Shown one piece after another: positions 1 through 9,772 of a stretch of DNA of 40,475 bases (within the stretch, counting starts at the first letter, position 1; every line of letters begins with the position of its first letter). Location: the IMG/VR virus record IMGVR_UViG_2660237933_000004, one strand, 5' to 3'. The stretch comes from a virus (taxonomy: Duplodnaviria > Heunggongvirae > Uroviricota > Caudoviricetes). The translations under genes and the position numbers were made by a program. The notes beneath the pieces are model-generated. The model saw only the letters and a list, made by a program, of their open reading frames with translations, was not told where the DNA came from and did no database searches.

Positions 1-3
1 GGA

Positions 4-501
4 ATGATGCCATTTGCTCGTTATTTCTGCATTTTCATAAACGTTGGTTTGGGAGAAGGTGCTCCAACTATTGGCGTTCCGTTCTTCTGGCCCTCCGCGG
101 CAATGCCAAATACTGTAATCGACAGCTGGTCCGGTATGGTGTTTTTGAAGTTCAACGGGGCGAAATTTTCTGCCTCTGATTACCCTGTGCTGGCGAAAGT
201 GTTTCCTTCGCTGGTATTACCTGAAGCCCGCGGTGATTTCATTCGTATCTGGGATGACGGGCGAGGTGCAGATGGTGGTCGCGAATTATTAAGCTGGCAG
301 GAAGCTACAAACTTTTCTCAGTTTGCCGGGAATATAGGCGGAGGTGCGGGACACGCAATTAGCTTTCATGATGGCATCGCCGGAAATCAGCCAGGATTTT
401 CACGATTTAATTTCACCAGTAACTCTGTGGGTGATGGTGTGAATTTTGTTGCTGTCAGACCGCGAAATATTGCATTTAACTTTCTGGTGAGGGCTAAATA
501 A
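4..501 (+). CDS. Alternative tail-fibre C-terminal variable domain (Sv'-like), silent orientation; 5' part is the crossover site
   Basis: ORF running out of the left crossover site; encodes GLGEGA at the site exactly as the expressed fibre does at the right site; followed by its own tail-fibre assembly gene. Confidence 0.5.
   Translation: MMPFARYFCIFINVGLGEGAPTIGVPFFWPSAAMPNTVIDSWSGMVFLKFNGAKFSASDYPVLAKVFPSLVLPEARGDFIRIWDDGRGADGGRELLSWQEATNFSQFAGNIGGGAGHAISFHDGIAGNQPGFSRFNFTSNSVGDGVNFVAVRPRNIAFNFLVRAK
32..57. repeat. DNA-invertase crossover site, left (hix/gix-like)
   Basis: TTTTCATAAACGTTGGTTTGGGAGAA has the AAAC-nn-GGTTT core of Hin/Gin/Cin/Pin sites; an inverted copy lies at 1778-1803 (21 of 26 identical, distal 12 bp identical). 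Confidence 0.55.
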
Positions 502-1094
502 TGAAACCTGTTTTTGATGAAAATGGGCTGGCTACAGTGCCGGGCGATATGCGTTGTTTTTATTATGATGCTGAAACATCTGAGTATACGGGCTGGTCTG
601 ATGAATATATTAATACTGGCGTAAGTATGCCCGCCTGTTCAACTGGTATTGACCCGGGCGAAAACATTCTGGGAAGAGTGGCAGTATTTACAGGTAAGGG
701 ATGGAGCCATGAGGAAGACCATCGCAATGAGACTGTTTACTCAATCGAAAATGGTGCAGCTGTTACAGTGGATTATATCGGTGCCATCAAAGACGGTTAT
801 GTCACGCTTTCACCGTTAACGCCATACGATAAATGGGATGGTGAGAAATGGGTGACAGACACTGAGGCACAACACAGTGCCGCAGTAGACGCGGCAGAAG
901 CACAGCGCCAGTCACTGATTGATGCAGCAATGGCTTCCATTAGTCTGATTCAGCTGAAATTACAGGCCGGACGGAAACTGACTCAGGCAGAAACAACCCG
1001 ACTTAACGCCGTGCTGGATTACATTGACGCGGTGACGGCAACAGATACCAGCACCGCGCCGGATGTCATCTGGCCTGAACTGCCGGAGGCGTAG
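501..1094 (+). CDS. Tail fibre assembly protein (Tfa', alternative orientation)
   Basis: C-terminal motif DTSTAPDVIWPELPE typical of Tfa chaperones; convergent with the second tfa gene as in Mu G / P1 C segments. Confidence 0.7.
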   Translation: MKPVFDENGLATVPGDMRCFYYDAETSEYTGWSDEYINTGVSMPACSTGIDPGENILGRVAVFTGKGWSHEEDHRNETVYSIENGAAVTVDYIGAIKDGYVTLSPLTPYDKWDGEKWVTDTEAQHSAAVDAAEAQRQSLIDAAMASISLIQLKLQAGRKLTQAETTRLNAVLDYIDAVTATDTSTAPDVIWPELPEA

Positions 1095-1494
1095 GCCATT
1101 CAATATCGGGTGCTGTTGACGTATCAACACGCATCAGCAGCACACGGTATTTCTTCCATTGGGTGAGAGTTGTAGCTTCTTCATCAGTTGCGATATCAGC
1201 ATCAACAGCATCCTGACGCCAGGATATTTCACTGTCAGCTTTTTCCCGTAATTGGGATTTTTTAACTTCAGCAATAGCTATTAATTCCTTTTTGGTCGGC
1301 TGAGGAATATCTATCATTGCTGGTTTTCCATTCAGTGTTCCAATCTGTTTTCCTGGTGGAATATCCATAAATAACTTTTTATGTTCTTCCTCACTGACTA
1401 TTACACCATCATCAGGCCACAGACCTGATGCCTCAAATTTTTCTTTCTCCGATATGGGGAAAAAGCCATTTGCTTTAGCGCTCCATACGTACAT
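1066..1494 (-). CDS. Tail fibre assembly protein (Tfa)
   Basis: 142 aa; C-terminal KKYRVLLMRVDTSTAPDIEWPTPP motif; directly downstream of the tail fibre gene. Confidence 0.75.
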   Translation of the reverse strand: MYVWSAKANGFFPISEKEKFEASGLWPDDGVIVSEEEHKKLFMDIPPGKQIGTLNGKPAMIDIPQPTKKELIAIAEVKKSQLREKADSEISWRQDAVDADIATDEEATTLTQWKKYRVLLMRVDTSTAPDIEWPTPPAVQAR

Positions 1495-1495
1495 A

Positions 1496-2080
1496 TCAAT
1501 ACCCCACCGCTATAATGTCCACATTAAATCCCCCGGGACCTGCCTGCCAGATGCTGGCCCCTGTTAATGATTTTGTTTGATGAACAACCGCCACATTTGC
1601 TGGCGATTGTGTTTCAGTTGTTACAGTACCGATATCATTCCAGTTAATTGAGATGGAATAGTTCGTTGTTGTAAACGACCGGGGGAAAGTTATGTGTCTT
1701 ACATTGGTGCCAACAGGAAATCCAAGATAAACACGCTGAATTATCATTCCTCCAGGTAACATAACCCAGTTAGCACCTTCTCCCAAACCAAGGTTTTCGA
1801 GAGCCGTTTTCACCGTGCCATCCGATTTGATATCACCAAACGGATTCTTGCGGCTTAACAGCAGCGCACGAAGCGCGGTAAGCAACTGGTCGTGCCGCTC
1901 CTTCTCCAGGCTGGCACCGGAGGCCTCCACCACGCTGCAGAGTTCTTCCTGCAACATGTCAAAGTAGTCATCATCCAGATCGGTGGCAGGCGTGCCTGTC
2001 TGGGGGTTACCACGGGTAAAACCGTTCTTACCCGCGCCGAACTTATCCTTCTGCGCGGTTTTCGTGTCTATACGATGCAT
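1496..2080 (-). CDS. Tail fibre protein (constant N-terminus plus currently expressed variable C-terminus)
   Basis: 194 aa; its N-terminal sequence looked like a conserved tail-fibre N-terminus from memory; right crossover site lies inside the gene at the GLGEGA codons. Confidence 0.7.
   Translation of the reverse strand: MHRIDTKTAQKDKFGAGKNGFTRGNPQTGTPATDLDDDYFDMLQEELCSVVEASGASLEKERHDQLLTALRALLLSRKNPFGDIKSDGTVKTALENLGLGEGANWVMLPGGMIIQRVYLGFPVGTNVRHITFPRSFTTTNYSISINWNDIGTVTTETQSPANVAVVHQTKSLTGASIWQAGPGGFNVDIIAVGY
1778..1803. repeat. DNA-invertase crossover site, right (hix/gix-like)
   Basis: TTCTCCCAAACCAAGGTTTTCGAGAG; reverse complement CTCTCGAAAACCTTGGTTTGGGAGAA closely resembles hix (CAAAAACC TT GGTTTT) and matches the left site. 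Confidence 0.55.
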
Positions 2081-2083
2081 GGA

Positions 2084-2668
2084 TTACTCCGGATATTTAA
2101 AAATTACGTAGGTATGCGACGGGCAGAGTTTGTTAAGCACACATTCGACGACGGTGTCGCCCCAGACACGCAGCGCGGAATCACAGGGATCGCCACATGT
2201 CATCCAGGTGGTGTTGGTGGCGGCTGGCATGTTGACCTGCCAGTAATACCGCCATTCCGGCGCATTCACCGCGTCAGTACAGGCAGATGAGCAGGTGAAA
2301 GTGCTTTTATCGTATCGCGTGATGGTGGCATCTGGTCTGCCCAGGGCAGCAAGCTGTGCAAGGTAAAAATCCTCATTGATGCCGCCCGCCAGATTAACCT
2401 TCGCATCCAGCCGTTGCTGACGCTGGCGAAGGGTCTGCGTTCCCGCCGGAATACATTCATCCGGCAGGCCGCACAGACGCTCCCAGCGGTTTATCAGTTC
2501 AGTGGTGGTGCGCGGATCCAGCTCCCGCATCAGGGCATCCGCACGCTGATGAACGCGGGTTAATGACGGTGCCGCACCGGCAATCGCCGGATCGCTGGCT
2601 GACCACGCCGGACCGGGGGGCAACAGTGCCGACAACAGACGGATGTAATCATCGTTTGTCACGTCCAT
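2084..2668 (-). CDS. Tail/baseplate protein (Mu gp48-like)
   Basis: 194 aa ORF between baseplate J-like gene and tail fibre; position and size as in Mu-like tail modules. Confidence 0.45.
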   Translation of the reverse strand: MDVTNDDYIRLLSALLPPGPAWSASDPAIAGAAPSLTRVHQRADALMRELDPRTTTELINRWERLCGLPDECIPAGTQTLRQRQQRLDAKVNLAGGINEDFYLAQLAALGRPDATITRYDKSTFTCSSACTDAVNAPEWRYYWQVNMPAATNTTWMTCGDPCDSALRVWGDTVVECVLNKLCPSHTYVIFKYPE

Positions 2669-3717
2669 GAAATCGTCCCCAGTACCGCCAGTTCATTTTT
2701 TGCAATGGAGATATTGTCTGCCGGTGCAAGCAACTGATGGCTGTATTCCCCGTTCGCACCGGAAATCGCTTCACTGATACGCGACACCTTCAGTTCTCCC
2801 TGCGGATAACCATCACGCAGCAGGAACGAACGCAACTCGGCGGTGATGGCAGCCCGTATTTCTGGTGTATCCGGCGTCACACGGATATGAAAATCCACCG
2901 TATGCGCCACCGGCCTGAACACATACAAATCAGAGCCTGCCACCGGGGCCAGTGGCTCGATATGCAGCCTTGCCGCCGTTTCCGTTGATTCTTCCGGAAT
3001 GGGATTAATCAGGTCGCTGCTGGCAATCATCACACCGACAGTCCCCGTTCCCATCCAGTGTCGGTATGTCCATGCGCGGGTAATGCCGGGAACTTCTTTA
3101 GCCCAGACGACATAGTCCCCGTCAGCCCCGCCCTGAGGCGTCCAGTAATACCGCTCAATGACGCGGGCGCGCCACGTTTCCAGCTCTTCAGTATCAAATC
3201 CACCTGTCAGTGTATCTGCCACGCCGGAAGACGGCAGACCATTCACCGGCGTGACCAGGATTAATGACGTACCGTCGTCAGCGTTACCGACCGCGCCTGC
3301 ACTTGAGCAGGCGATCGGCACGCGCAGGACACCACCGGAGCTGGTTGCATCGGCAGTTGCCGTGTACTGCACCAGGTCATCGCGCTGAATAACACTCCCG
3401 GCGGTCACCTTCAGGCCATCGCTGACACCTTCCCAGCGCATATACCCGCTGGCAGCCGTGGCCCCCTTGCGCGGACATCGTTTCATCGCAGCATGTCGCG
3501 CCAGCCAGGACTCATCGCACAAGTCAGGCAGCATGTTCATTGCCAGATAATCGATGTACCCGTAAACCGTATGCAGCGCCGCCGCATACACCTTTGCCCG
3601 CACGTCTTCATCCATGCGCCGGAGCGTGTCGCTGACGTCCAGCCAGGCGAATAAATCGTTACGGAGCATACTGATATTTTCTGCCAGCGTCGGGCGCTGA
3701 AATTCACTGTCCGCCAT
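2659..3717 (-). CDS. Baseplate J-like protein (Mu gp47-like)
   Basis: 352 aa; position in contractile-tail baseplate cluster; size typical of the baseplate J family. Confidence 0.6.
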   Translation of the reverse strand: MADSEFQRPTLAENISMLRNDLFAWLDVSDTLRRMDEDVRAKVYAAALHTVYGYIDYLAMNMLPDLCDESWLARHAAMKRCPRKGATAASGYMRWEGVSDGLKVTAGSVIQRDDLVQYTATADATSSGGVLRVPIACSSAGAVGNADDGTSLILVTPVNGLPSSGVADTLTGGFDTEELETWRARVIERYYWTPQGGADGDYVVWAKEVPGITRAWTYRHWMGTGTVGVMIASSDLINPIPEESTETAARLHIEPLAPVAGSDLYVFRPVAHTVDFHIRVTPDTPEIRAAITAELRSFLLRDGYPQGELKVSRISEAISGANGEYSHQLLAPADNISIAKNELAVLGTISWT

Positions 3718-4132
3718 GCGTTATCGCACTCCACAGATCATCAAAAGAAATCATTACCGGTCCGTCACGACGCCAGAGAGTGATACTGTTACCCAGTTCA
3801 TTAATCCCGGTGCGGCGGATATCCAGATCAATACGGGACACCACGCCATCATCAATCATCCATTGCAGGCATTCGCGGATATACCCCCTTACCGTCTGCA
3901 CCAGCTGATTGGTCAGTTTGCTGCGCTGAAGCAGCCACAGTCGGGAGCCGTAACGGTCATTCTGTACCGCAGGCCAGGTATCCCCCCACCATCCCATCGG
4001 GACGCCGGCGTTGTCATCAGGCTCCGCCCGCCGCCAGGTAAACAGGGAAATCACCACGGCGCGGGTCAGCGGATCCAGCGGTGCGCTGGCGCAGGTGCGT
4101 TTACCGTTCACCGTCAGCCACAGTTCCATCAT
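3704..4132 (-). CDS. Baseplate protein (GpW/gp25/Mu gp46-like)
   Basis: 142 aa ORF in baseplate cluster, overlapping its neighbours. Confidence 0.5.
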   Translation of the reverse strand: MMELWLTVNGKRTCASAPLDPLTRAVVISLFTWRRAEPDDNAGVPMGWWGDTWPAVQNDRYGSRLWLLQRSKLTNQLVQTVRGYIRECLQWMIDDGVVSRIDLDIRRTGINELGNSITLWRRDGPVMISFDDLWSAITHGGQ

Positions 4133-4677
4133 GCCTCCATCGCTTTATCAGGTTTGTCGGTGTTACTGCCCTGACCGTTCTCTCTGTGACGATGCCCGTT
4201 ATAGGCAAGCCGCATCGCTGACATGGTGGTGCCGCTGGAGTCGCACAGGTCTTTCACCTGTCCTGTCACTTCCAGGTCCATTTCAAAACGTGCCTTAGGC
4301 GCATTGCGAAACGTGATCGTTTTACCTGCACCGTCCACCACGATCCCCTCCCGGGTCAGCGTCACGGACTGCCCCTGATCGTCATAGACAGCCACCTCCC
4401 CAGTCTGCAGCCCTTTCAGGCGGTAGCGACGGTCCGACACCGTAACAACCACCGCATGAGAACGGTCTCCATCCGGAAACAACACCACCGCTTCCGCACC
4501 GCTGTTTGCCCTTGCGGTAAAACCGTAGGGTTCAAGATGTTCAACCCCGGCTTTGGGTTCACCGGCAATCAGGGACACATCCACGGTCTGACATTTCGTG
4601 GCGGCACTGATGCTTTTCACCACGGCACGCCCAATCAGGCCGAGGAGTTGTCGCTGCATGGCTTCAATCGTCCTCAT
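4129..4677 (-). CDS. Baseplate assembly/spike protein (gpV/Mu gp45-like)
   Basis: 182 aa; position between gpP-like and gpW-like genes. Confidence 0.5.
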   Translation of the reverse strand: MRTIEAMQRQLLGLIGRAVVKSISAATKCQTVDVSLIAGEPKAGVEHLEPYGFTARANSGAEAVVLFPDGDRSHAVVVTVSDRRYRLKGLQTGEVAVYDDQGQSVTLTREGIVVDGAGKTITFRNAPKARFEMDLEVTGQVKDLCDSSGTTMSAMRLAYNGHRHRENGQGSNTDKPDKAMEA

Positions 4678-5756
4678 CAGAACGGGTCCTCCTGTACTCT
4701 GGCTTTTTTCTTTTTCCGCGCGCCGGGGGCTTCGGGTTCAGGCAGATAAGCATCAGGCGGGCCGACACGGATTTCCGTCAGGGTGCCGTTCTGGTCCTGA
4801 GTAAACGTGACTTCCGAAACAAGCAGTTCGGTATTGTCGAAACCACAGACCGGATCAAAGACAATCACCCGCTGGTTGGGCTGCCACAGCGTACCGTTAC
4901 CCTGTCGCCAGCCCTGCACCACATAGGTGGTTTCATCCGTCCGCGCCGCCCGTTGTCGGGCTTCAAAGTCCGCACGGGCAATACAGCCTGCCCCCGTAGC
5001 CTGCCCTGTCTGCCTGATATACATCGGACGGTAACGGGCAATAAATGCGTCCTCTGTGCGGGCCCGCAGCGCGGTGGTGGTGGCCTCACCGAAATCATCG
5101 TCGTTTCCGGCACGCTGCCCCGCCACCTGGTAAACTGAAAACCGCTCCCGGATACTCTTCTCCGTATCACAGGAAAGGATGTTTTCCCCAAGTACCAGCG
5201 CGGTATGTGCCCGCGTTGAGCCAATACCACCAATCACCAGCCTGCCGTGCGGGTCGTCATAAGCCAGCGCCTGCTGCTGACCGAGTATTTTGTTGATCAC
5301 CTCGATCACCGTTTCACCGTGATCAGGCTGGACATCCGGAATAACACCCGACGGCGCATCGCTGTTCACCACCTCAATGCCGAAAGGCGCAGCAAGCGCC
5401 TGCGCAATCTGTACCAGCGATCGTCCGTTAAACTGTGTCGGTTCGGCTGCACAGTCAATCAGGTCAGCAGTCAGACTACGTCCGGCAATACCGGTGCTGA
5501 CCGAACGGGCATCGTAACGAACGGGGGTCGCCTCCACCCAGCCGGTGATCACCAGCTCATCACCAATCAGCACTTCCACTTTTGAACCATTTTTAATGCG
5601 CGGCTGAAGCGTGGTGATACCCTCATCTCCCGGCCACTGGCGGGTGATCTCCACGCTGAAATCCCGCGCCAGCCGTTCAATACCGGCACCGATGCGCACC
5701 GATGTCCAGCCATTCCACTCCCGGCCATTTACCCGTAGCGTGACGTTATCGTTCAT
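4677..5756 (-). CDS. Tail protein (Mu gpP / late control D-like)
   Basis: 359 aa; position downstream of the DNA circularization-like gene in a Mu-type tail module. Confidence 0.5.
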   Translation of the reverse strand: MNDNVTLRVNGREWNGWTSVRIGAGIERLARDFSVEITRQWPGDEGITTLQPRIKNGSKVEVLIGDELVITGWVEATPVRYDARSVSTGIAGRSLTADLIDCAAEPTQFNGRSLVQIAQALAAPFGIEVVNSDAPSGVIPDVQPDHGETVIEVINKILGQQQALAYDDPHGRLVIGGIGSTRAHTALVLGENILSCDTEKSIRERFSVYQVAGQRAGNDDDFGEATTTALRARTEDAFIARYRPMYIRQTGQATGAGCIARADFEARQRAARTDETTYVVQGWRQGNGTLWQPNQRVIVFDPVCGFDNTELLVSEVTFTQDQNGTLTEIRVGPPDAYLPEPEAPGARKKKKARVQEDPF

Positions 5757-7087
5757 TGCACTGGCACCTTCAGAGGGATCACCGGCACAAAGCCGGGATG
5801 CGTAATGGCATTACGCCGGATAATGTCCGCGTCACGCGCCGCGTTATCAAACCAGGTCGCCGCCAGCACCAGCGCGGGTAAGACCTCATCCGGCGTGCGC
5901 CGAATGATCCGTGCAGACTGTTCAAGGCGCGTGTTGATATCCGCATTCAGATCTGCTTTCACCCGGCGCAGTGCCAGAAACAGCGCATCACTGGTTGTAC
6001 GGGACAACTCCTTATCAATTGCCGTATTCAGTGTGTCGCGAATGTCAGTCAGCTCTTCCCACGTTGGCAGGTCAACCGTGTTTTTCACCGCCGGTGCATT
6101 GTTCAGTGCCGGATGCGTGACAGAAGGCCAGCCAGTGCTCTGCGCGGGTGTTGTTGCCTGCCCCACTGCGGAATTCTGCATCACCTCGGAAGTTGTTGGC
6201 GCAGGCAATCGGGTGACGGCATACGCCGCTTCGCTGATTGCGGTCGTACGAAGGGTGCTGGCAACCACGTTACGCTGCTGCGTCGCCGTGGCGGTGGTTT
6301 TACTGTCCGTTTTCCAGACGCCGCGCGGTTGCAGATCGCTGCCGAGGCTGACACCGGAAAGCGTTTTGATCATGGTGACCAGGTCGCTGGCGTTACCATA
6401 AAGGCGTTTCCCGGTACGCCACATTTTCTGCACCTGCTCAACGAAATTTTTGCCTGACGATGGCGGCGGCAGAAGTACCGAGATATCCCCCTGCAACAGC
6501 CTGGCGGCATCCGATACGGCAGAATCCACCACTTTCATCGCATCAGAAACATACCCCAGCATTATGCTGGCATTATCGATAACGTCGTTCTGCACGAAAT
6601 CCGCCACACCATCGATACTGAAACCGCTGAAGCTGTCACTGATGCAGTCATCCAGTGCAGAACAGGATGACATCAGCGTCTGCGCCGTCGCCGCACCTGA
6701 TGTGGGGTAAGAGAGTTCTCCTGCTTCGACAAACTTCAGGTCAAAGCGGACAATACGCCCTTCACTTTTCGATGTGCTGACCCGAACTTCCCCGTCAACA
6801 CAGACTTTCAGCTCACCATATGTCGGGTGGACAAGCGTGCCGGGACCGGGTTTATTCAGCGCTTCAATCAGGCGATCGCGCTGGTCAAAGCAGTCATCTC
6901 CCACCACATAAGCTGTGATGGACGGGCGGAAAGTGACTTTTCCCAGATCTTCGGTATAGGGCTTGTCGCGGTTCGGGTATTCATGTGTTTCCACACGGCG
7001 ACCGGTTCCCGCACTTTCTTCTTCAACCTTAAACGGCACACCTCGAAATGACGCATCCTGAAGCCTGTCTTTCCACGTCATATACAC
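5753..7087 (-). CDS. Tail protein (Mu gpN DNA circularization protein-like)
   Basis: 444 aa; N-terminal region looked Mu N-like from memory; downstream of tape measure. Confidence 0.5.
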   Translation of the reverse strand: MYMTWKDRLQDASFRGVPFKVEEESAGTGRRVETHEYPNRDKPYTEDLGKVTFRPSITAYVVGDDCFDQRDRLIEALNKPGPGTLVHPTYGELKVCVDGEVRVSTSKSEGRIVRFDLKFVEAGELSYPTSGAATAQTLMSSCSALDDCISDSFSGFSIDGVADFVQNDVIDNASIMLGYVSDAMKVVDSAVSDAARLLQGDISVLLPPPSSGKNFVEQVQKMWRTGKRLYGNASDLVTMIKTLSGVSLGSDLQPRGVWKTDSKTTATATQQRNVVASTLRTTAISEAAYAVTRLPAPTTSEVMQNSAVGQATTPAQSTGWPSVTHPALNNAPAVKNTVDLPTWEELTDIRDTLNTAIDKELSRTTSDALFLALRRVKADLNADINTRLEQSARIIRRTPDEVLPALVLAATWFDNAARDADIIRRNAITHPGFVPVIPLKVPVQ

Positions 7088-7090
7088 TCC

Positions 7091-7125
7091 GAAAATAAAA
7101 AAGCCACCTATTAGAAGGTGGCCTT
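7091..7125 (-). terminator. Intrinsic terminator after the moron gene
   Basis: Minus-strand hairpin (GCCACC / GGTGGC stem, 8-nt loop) followed by TTTTTTATTTT, 20 bp after the stop of the 7143-7673 gene. Confidence 0.5.
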
Positions 7126-7142
7126 GTAATGAATTTTATTAA

Positions 7143-7673
7143 TTAGCGAGTCAGAAACAACGAATCTTTATACTTTTGCTGTTGTTCATTTAAATACTTA
7201 GCTGTTTCATCGCTGGCAAATGGAAATATTACCGTATTTTTAGGCATGGTAATTTCTTTTTTGTCCAGCGTCAGAGTAAACATAGGAACATACTGAGCAG
7301 AGTAACGCACCGCAGAAACGAGCTCTAGTTTAGACTCTTCAATAACACTTAAATTATCCAGGCTAACTTTCTCTTCATCTTTTTTCTTTGACGCATTTAA
7401 AGTTTTTATTACTTTATTTAATTTCTCCTGAAAATCCTCCTTAAAGTTTTCAGGATTGCCGTCGACAACAAGAATCTGTTCACCCTGATTATCTGGAAAA
7501 ATAATCTTTGCACTTATCAATTTATTTTCTTTATAAACATCACCAAGTTTTATGGCTCCTCCAGATAACTGAATAATATGTTCATCTTTAAAGGAGATGT
7601 TGCCAGAGATTATGAGAGATGAAAAAATAGCCGCTGCTCCAAGAATTACACTTGCTGTGATATAGCCTTTCAT
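7143..7673 (-). CDS. Hypothetical membrane-anchored moron protein
   Basis: 176 aa; N-terminal hydrophobic helix (VILGAAAIFSSLIIS) then Lys/Glu-rich soluble domain; markedly AT-rich versus flanking tail genes; own promoter-like sequence and terminator. Confidence 0.6.
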   Translation of the reverse strand: MKGYITASVILGAAAIFSSLIISGNISFKDEHIIQLSGGAIKLGDVYKENKLISAKIIFPDNQGEQILVVDGNPENFKEDFQEKLNKVIKTLNASKKKDEEKVSLDNLSVIEESKLELVSAVRYSAQYVPMFTLTLDKKEITMPKNTVIFPFASDETAKYLNEQQQKYKDSLFLTR

Positions 7674-7764
7674 TTTTCGCCTATTAACATTTTTCTAAAT
7701 GTGCATTAATTCTATCACTCTATTTATGACTTACAACCAGCAATACATGTGAGGGGAATCCTGG

Positions 7765-9597
7765 CTACCAAAATCGGGTATAGCCAACATCGTGATTTAT
7801 ATCAATGCCACTGGAGCGTGTTTCCGTAACCCGCATACCTGGTGGCATATTTATAAATGATACCTTGATCTCACCATCAACTTTTGGCGCGGTAGCTTTA
7901 TTAATCATGAAGGGATTCGGGCCTGTGGCATCGGAGGCGTTGTTTGCCTGAGCCGGATCCACCGCCGGATAAGGAGTGTATCCCCGTGCCGGTATTCCCG
8001 TCCCATAAGCATCATAAGCACCCGCGCCCCACTGCGCAGAGTTAATGGCATCGACCGTGTCACCGGAACTGTCGGTAAACCACTCAATAATTGGCTTCAG
8101 CTTGTCCCACATATCCTGAAACCACTTAACAACCGGCCCCCAGTTATTGATCACCATCCCCAGCGGCGACCAGGCAAAAACTTTCTTAAGGAGTTCCCGG
8201 CCAGCCTCAAAATAAGGACCAATGGTTTCCCAGAGCTTCTTGAAATAAGGTCCGACAACATCCCAGTTAGTGATAATTAATCCCGCAGCCAGGGCTATCG
8301 CCGTCGCAATCATGCCAATCGGCGTCATCGACATGATCCTGCTGACAATGCTGATGGCACTGCCCACGCCCATCAATCCCAGTTTCAGAATCGCAAGACC
8401 GGCAGCAAGCCCGACGACGCCGCGAATAACCCGGGGATTTTCATCCGCAAACTTCGTGAATTTTTCCCCTAACTCCCCCAGCCATTGCGTGATATTTTTG
8501 GCGTCACCAGAAAATGCGCCGCCAATAGCCGCAAGGCCGTTAGTTGCGGTCCCCGTCATTGCCTCCCACAGGTTGGACAGCGTACCAAGCTGGGCCTGAA
8601 CACGTTTATTCAGGCTGGCCTGTTTATTCATCTTCTGCTGGATCTGATCGTAGCCATCCTTTCCTTTATCGATTAGTGCATTGACCACCTGAAGGGTTTC
8701 GGCATCATCACCAAATATTGCCTTAAGTACACCTGTTCGCTTAACGTCGGTCAGTTTTCGCAGCTTTGCCAGTTGCCTGAACATGTTATCAAGACCGCCA
8801 AAACTCCCTTTGCCGTCAGTAAAATCGAGCTTTACTCCGAGTTTCTGGCGGGCCATGATTTTATTGACGTCCCTGATTTTCTTAACGCTTAATCCGGACT
8901 GGATAACTTTTCGCAGGGCATTACCTGCCGACTCCCCGTTCATCCCCATCTGATCCATCATGACGCTGATGGGGGCAAGGCTCTGTGCAGCCTGAAGACC
9001 GTCCTTGTTCACCATCTTCAGAACAGAACTGGTTTTAGTGAAAAAGGACAACATGTTGGTATCGTCAACGCCCAGATAAAACGCCTTCTGGATAGTGTCG
9101 AACAGCCCCATCATGTCTTCTGACGCCGTTCCGGTAGCATCCTGCATCTTTGCGGCAAACTCGGCAGCCGCTTCCGGTGTTTTTTTCAGTTGTACCGCAA
9201 GATAAGCTGTCGCTTTACCCACACCGCCCAGAATGTTTTCTGCCGGGATCCCCTGACGCACCAGCATCTGCATCATGTTCTGGAAATCAGCCGTTGTACC
9301 GGGTAGCTGGTTACCCAGACCAATAGCCAGTTTATTGATGTCCTGAAAGCGCTTTCCGACCTCACCGTTCGCATCCATCATGGCAACTTTCAGCCCGGTG
9401 GCGGCATTTTCCTGATCGGCATAAGATTTCAGGGAAAGCGTCAGACCCGCAGCCAGTCCGCCACCAAGCGCCAGCCCACCCTGTGACGCTTCTTCAGCCT
9501 GGCGTTTAAATCCCCGGATTTTCTTTTGCATTTTCGACAGCGCGGGAGAAAGCCTGTCGACACCGGTGATCAACGCCTTAAGCTCAAATTCAGCCAT
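7765..9597 (-). CDS. Tail tape measure protein
   Basis: 610 aa with Gly/Ala-rich and hydrophobic segments; follows the frameshifted chaperone pair. Confidence 0.8.
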   Translation of the reverse strand: MAEFELKALITGVDRLSPALSKMQKKIRGFKRQAEEASQGGLALGGGLAAGLTLSLKSYADQENAATGLKVAMMDANGEVGKRFQDINKLAIGLGNQLPGTTADFQNMMQMLVRQGIPAENILGGVGKATAYLAVQLKKTPEAAAEFAAKMQDATGTASEDMMGLFDTIQKAFYLGVDDTNMLSFFTKTSSVLKMVNKDGLQAAQSLAPISVMMDQMGMNGESAGNALRKVIQSGLSVKKIRDVNKIMARQKLGVKLDFTDGKGSFGGLDNMFRQLAKLRKLTDVKRTGVLKAIFGDDAETLQVVNALIDKGKDGYDQIQQKMNKQASLNKRVQAQLGTLSNLWEAMTGTATNGLAAIGGAFSGDAKNITQWLGELGEKFTKFADENPRVIRGVVGLAAGLAILKLGLMGVGSAISIVSRIMSMTPIGMIATAIALAAGLIITNWDVVGPYFKKLWETIGPYFEAGRELLKKVFAWSPLGMVINNWGPVVKWFQDMWDKLKPIIEWFTDSSGDTVDAINSAQWGAGAYDAYGTGIPARGYTPYPAVDPAQANNASDATGPNPFMINKATAPKVDGEIKVSFINMPPGMRVTETRSSGIDINHDVGYTRFW

Positions 9598-9772
9598 GTG
9601 TGCGTTTCTCCTGCTCTATCCTGTTTGCCTGACTGACCAGCAAGGGAATTTCACTGATCGGCATATTCAGCAATTCGAAGGGATTAATGCGCCAGTAGCT
9701 GGCGCAGTCAAAGAAGCGATCAGTGAGGTATTCAGCCGTCAGGCCTGGAGGAAAAAACCAGCCACAAGCCAC
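9590..9772 (-). CDS. Tail assembly chaperone, -1 frameshift extension (GT-like)
   Basis: ORF in the -1 frame overlapping the 3' end of the chaperone ORF; continuation PPGLTAEYL follows the slippery site. Confidence 0.5.
   Translation of the reverse strand: MACGWFFPPGLTAEYLTDRFFDCASYWRINPFELLNMPISEIPLLVSQANRIEQEKRTHG

Noticed and set aside
5805-6710. Several plus-strand ORFs (198, 114, 86 aa)
   Set aside because: All antisense to the gpN-like tail gene; low-complexity Ala/Arg/Ser-rich translations typical of shadow frames.
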